A stretch of DNA of 56,394 nucleotides. Source: an uncultured virus (IMG/VR IMGVR_UViG_3300031587_000158). Its lineage: Duplodnaviria; Heunggongvirae; Uroviricota; Caudoviricetes. A program made the translations under genes and the position numbers. The notes under the pieces are model-generated. The model was not told the DNA's origin. It made no database searches and worked only from the letters and a program-made list of their open reading frames with translations. The stretch is from IMG/VR virus record IMGVR_UViG_3300031587_000158, one strand, 5' to 3'. This document shows positions 53,690 to 56,394 of this stretch, piece by piece (within the stretch, counting starts at the first letter, position 1; each line of letters opens with the position of its first letter).

Positions 53690-54640
53690 ATGTATTTAGA
53701 GGAAGACAATAATATAAAGCTTTCTACTTTTGGTGATAGCGGAGGCACCGCTTCTCGAAAGGGGGGCAAGATAGGTCAGGTTGTGCTAAAAGGGATAGAG
53801 GATTTTGTTAGAAAGGGAATTGTAGTCTTACCAGAGCGAATAAAGCCAGATTGGCTTAAAAACCACTATGAGCCCGCCAAAAGCGAGAATATAAGGGCAA
53901 TTGATGTCCTTGCAGTGCCCGCTTTTTGTGAGGCAAATGGAAGGCAGCAGTTTGCAGAGGTGAAGGTAATCGAGGTTGAGGAGTTCAGTGAGGAGACAAA
54001 GGATGAGATACTCATGGAAGCAGTTAGGACTCACACAAAGGCGACAAGGGATCCCTACCATTCAGGTATCTGTCCAGATCAGACTTTTATAGTGCTTGCG
54101 GATAGGGAAGAGAAGGGTTACAGAATGAGGTTTAAGTACCAGAAGGGGCATAGAAGACCCCAAAATGGGCAGGGTAGTGAGTTTTGGATGGTCTTCAATA
54201 GGAGGCAGGGTGGCGCATTTATCCGTAAGAAGATATACGAGGTCTTTTGCACGTGGTTGGAGAAGCGGTGTATGGCGATTAAAGCGGCAAGTGAGAGGAA
54301 GGGGTTCACTCTATTTGGACCGATAGATAAGTGTGTGAAATTTGTCTCTGCACTCGCACGTAGTCTACAAAAGTTAGCGGATAGAATCAGTTATGTAACA
54401 AAGGAAGAGAAGCGTGCAGTTAGAGAATCGTGGACATTGATAAAGAAGGCAAAGAGGTTGGGTCTAAAGTTTGGTAGACGAGAAGACAGGGGAGAAGTTT
54501 GGGTGCCACCTGAGGAATGGTCCTACCCTGATGTCGTGTGGAAAAGATTATGTGGAGGAGCTGATATACAAGGAGTGGATTTATTGCGGTCTGACTTGGA
54601 GGCACTACTTAACGCACGTCCAACCACCTCAGTAAGGTAA
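53690..54640 (+). CDS. Hypothetical protein with possible PD-(D/E)XK motif, directly upstream of MCM
   Basis: IDVLAV...QFAEVK; ends 11 bp before the MCM start. Confidence 0.55.
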   Translation: MYLEEDNNIKLSTFGDSGGTASRKGGKIGQVVLKGIEDFVRKGIVVLPERIKPDWLKNHYEPAKSENIRAIDVLAVPAFCEANGRQQFAEVKVIEVEEFSEETKDEILMEAVRTHTKATRDPYHSGICPDQTFIVLADREEKGYRMRFKYQKGHRRPQNGQGSEFWMVFNRRQGGAFIRKKIYEVFCTWLEKRCMAIKAASERKGFTLFGPIDKCVKFVSALARSLQKLADRISYVTKEEKRAVRESWTLIKKAKRLGLKFGRREDRGEVWVPPEEWSYPDVVWKRLCGGADIQGVDLLRSDLEALLNARPTTSVR

Positions 54641-54651
54641 GGGGTAAAGTT

Positions 54652-56394
54652 ATGCAAGACCTGCTGCTTGAGAGGATGGAAAACTTCCTCAAGAGATATT
54701 ACTGGCAGGATATAGTAGAGTTATCTATTGGATATCCTGAGAAGCGCAGCTTATGGGTGACATTTCCAGACCTCGATGTATTTGAACCAGAGCTTGCCGA
54801 TATGCTTTTGGAGGACCCCGAATCGATAATAGATGCTACAACCAGGGCATTGAGGGAGATAAGTGTCCCGACGGGTGTAACGCTCGATGAAGCGTATGTG
54901 CGTGTTATTAAGAATAAGCGAATTGTTAAAATAAAAGAAATCAGGCATGAGCATATTGGTAAATTTATAAGTGTGGAGGGTGTGGTAACAAAAGCGACAG
55001 AAGTAAGACCGAGGATAGTAGAGGCGGCGTTTGAATGTCCCTTTTGCCACCATATCTTCACGGTTTCTCAGGGTGGTAGTCAATTCAAGGAACCAGTGGA
55101 GTGTGATCAGGAGAGTGGGGGATGTGGTAGAAAAGTTCAGCGCTTCAAACTTGATCTCGACAAATCCAAATTTATCGATGCACAAAAGATAAGGGTTCAG
55201 GAGTCGTTAGAGGAGTTACGAGGTGGTGAGATACCGCAGGCTATTGATGTCGCATTGGAGTCAGACCTCACCGGAATGGTCACAGCAGGGGATAGAGTAA
55301 TCATAAATGGTATCCTTCGCTCATATCAGAGAACATCAGTACATGAAAGAACGCCCTTTTTTTCAATCTACTTTGATGCGAATTCAATAGAGAAGAGAGA
55401 GCATGAATTTGAAGAGATCGTGATAACCGATGAAGATAGAAATGAGATCTTGAAGCTGAAGGAGGATCCTTTAAGCTATGAAAAGTTTATACGAAGCATA
55501 GCACCCTCGATTTATGGCTTTGAGGAGATAAAAGAGGCTCTTGTTCTGCAGTTATTTGGCGGTACACCAAAAAAGCTACCTGATGGGATGATAATAAGGG
55601 GAGATATTCACATGCTTCTCGTTGGCGACCCGGGAATAGCTAAGTCGCAACTACTTGCCTACCAAGCGAGAATAGCCCCTCGCGGTTTATATACCAGTGG
55701 TAAAAGCTCTACCGCAGCGGGTCTTACTGCAACGGTAGTTAAGGATGAATTTGGAGAGGGAAGATGGACCTTAGAAGCAGGGGCATTAGTGCTTGCCGAT
55801 AAGGGTGTAGCGGCGGTTGATGAGATAGATAAGATGAAGAAAGAGGACAGGGAATCTCTTCACGAGGCACTCGAGCAGCAAACAATTTCGATAGCAAAGG
55901 CGGGGATAGTGGCGAGTTTAAATTCAAGGTGTAGCTTATTAGCTGCTGCAAATCCAATGCACGGGCACTTCGATAAGTATGAGCCACTTGCAGATCAGAT
56001 AAATATGCCACCCACGTTATTGTCGCGGTTCGATCTCATTTTTATGCTGATGGATAGACCGAATGAGGCAGCAGATGAGGTTACTGCTGAGCACGTATTG
56101 GATCTTCATTACGCGGGTGCGTTACTAGCAAGGGGATCAGAGGGGGAAGAACCTGAAGTTTTTGACAGAATTAAACAGAATATAGAGCCTGAGATCCCCC
56201 CATTGATGTTCAGGAAGTACATAGCATACAGTAAAAGGAATGTGATACCAGTATTATCAGGGGATGCGAGGAAAAAAATAAAAGACTTCTATATTGGTAT
56301 TCGACATGCAGGTAATGATGATGATGCTCCAGTCCCGATAACAGTTCGTCAGCTTGAATCGGTGGTTCGATTAGCAGAGGCTAAAGCACGGGTT
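54652..56394 (+). CDS. mcm: MCM replicative helicase, runs off the window end, not in the ORF track
   Basis: MQDLLLERMENFLKRYY...; zinc finger CPFC...C..ESGGC; RGDIHMLLVGDPGIAKSQLL, SGKSSTAAGLTA, LEAGALVLADKG, VDEIDKM, AAANP, LLSRFDL, ITVRQLES. Confidence 0.97.
   Translation, partial: MQDLLLERMENFLKRYYWQDIVELSIGYPEKRSLWVTFPDLDVFEPELADMLLEDPESIIDATTRALREISVPTGVTLDEAYVRVIKNKRIVKIKEIRHEHIGKFISVEGVVTKATEVRPRIVEAAFECPFCHHIFTVSQGGSQFKEPVECDQESGGCGRKVQRFKLDLDKSKFIDAQKIRVQESLEELRGGEIPQAIDVALESDLTGMVTAGDRVIINGILRSYQRTSVHERTPFFSIYFDANSIEKREHEFEEIVITDEDRNEILKLKEDPLSYEKFIRSIAPSIYGFEEIKEALVLQLFGGTPKKLPDGMIIRGDIHMLLVGDPGIAKSQLLAYQARIAPRGLYTSGKSSTAAGLTATVVKDEFGEGRWTLEAGALVLADKGVAAVDEIDKMKKEDRESLHEALEQQTISIAKAGIVASLNSRCSLLAAANPMHGHFDKYEPLADQINMPPTLLSRFDLIFMLMDRPNEAADEVTAEHVLDLHYAGALLARGSEGEEPEVFDRIKQNIEPEIPPLMFRKYIAYSKRNVIPVLSGDARKKIKDFYIGIRHAGNDDDAPVPITVRQLESVVRLAEAKARV

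Noticed and set aside
53530..53712. 60-aa ORF in the gap before the MCM operon
   Set aside because: Atypical composition, no SD, and it overlaps the next gene's start; more likely non-coding
451..56011. Most minus-strand ORFs in the track
   Set aside because: They are antisense shadows of well-supported + strand genes (Ser/Phe/Leu-rich, no SD); only 39420, 40193, 45026 and 45644 were retained
1..56394. Borg-type element
   Set aside because: No long perfect tandem direct-repeat tracts were seen in this window

Overview
AT-rich, gene-dense archaeal mobile-element DNA, most likely a large virus or virus-like element of a methanogen or ANME-type host. Support: GGAGG/GGTGA ribosome-binding sites, a UPF0058 protein, an archaeal MCM and archaeal-type tRNAs. 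No capsid or terminase is visible, so virus versus plasmid is unresolved. About 90 mostly short hypothetical ORFs lie almost all on the + strand. The centrepiece (13.9-21.1 kb) is a compact type VII-like CRISPR-Cas locus: a 621-aa beta-CASP nuclease with a C-terminal helical extension (Cas14-like), a Cas7 and a Cas5-like RAMP. These are interleaved with three arrays of a degenerate 29-bp repeat (6+1, 11 and 16 repeats). Each array starts directly behind a gene at a shared 19-bp mini-leader, the spacers read antisense to coding sequence, and no cas1, cas2 or cas6 is present in the window. Other content: tRNA-Trp(CCA); a Ser/Leu-shaped tRNA with a Pro (UGG) anticodon; two further tRNA-like structures; an isoprenoid/lipid module (polyprenyl synthase, UbiA-like membrane protein, SCP2-like protein, Mrp ATPase); two radical SAM enzymes; DNA methyltransferases with a PD-(D/E)XK nuclease; LAGLIDADG and HNH endonucleases; an SF2 helicase; an AAA+ ATPase; and a 3'-truncated MCM preceded by a palindromic origin-like region. 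All protein family calls are by-eye motif recognition, not database searches.
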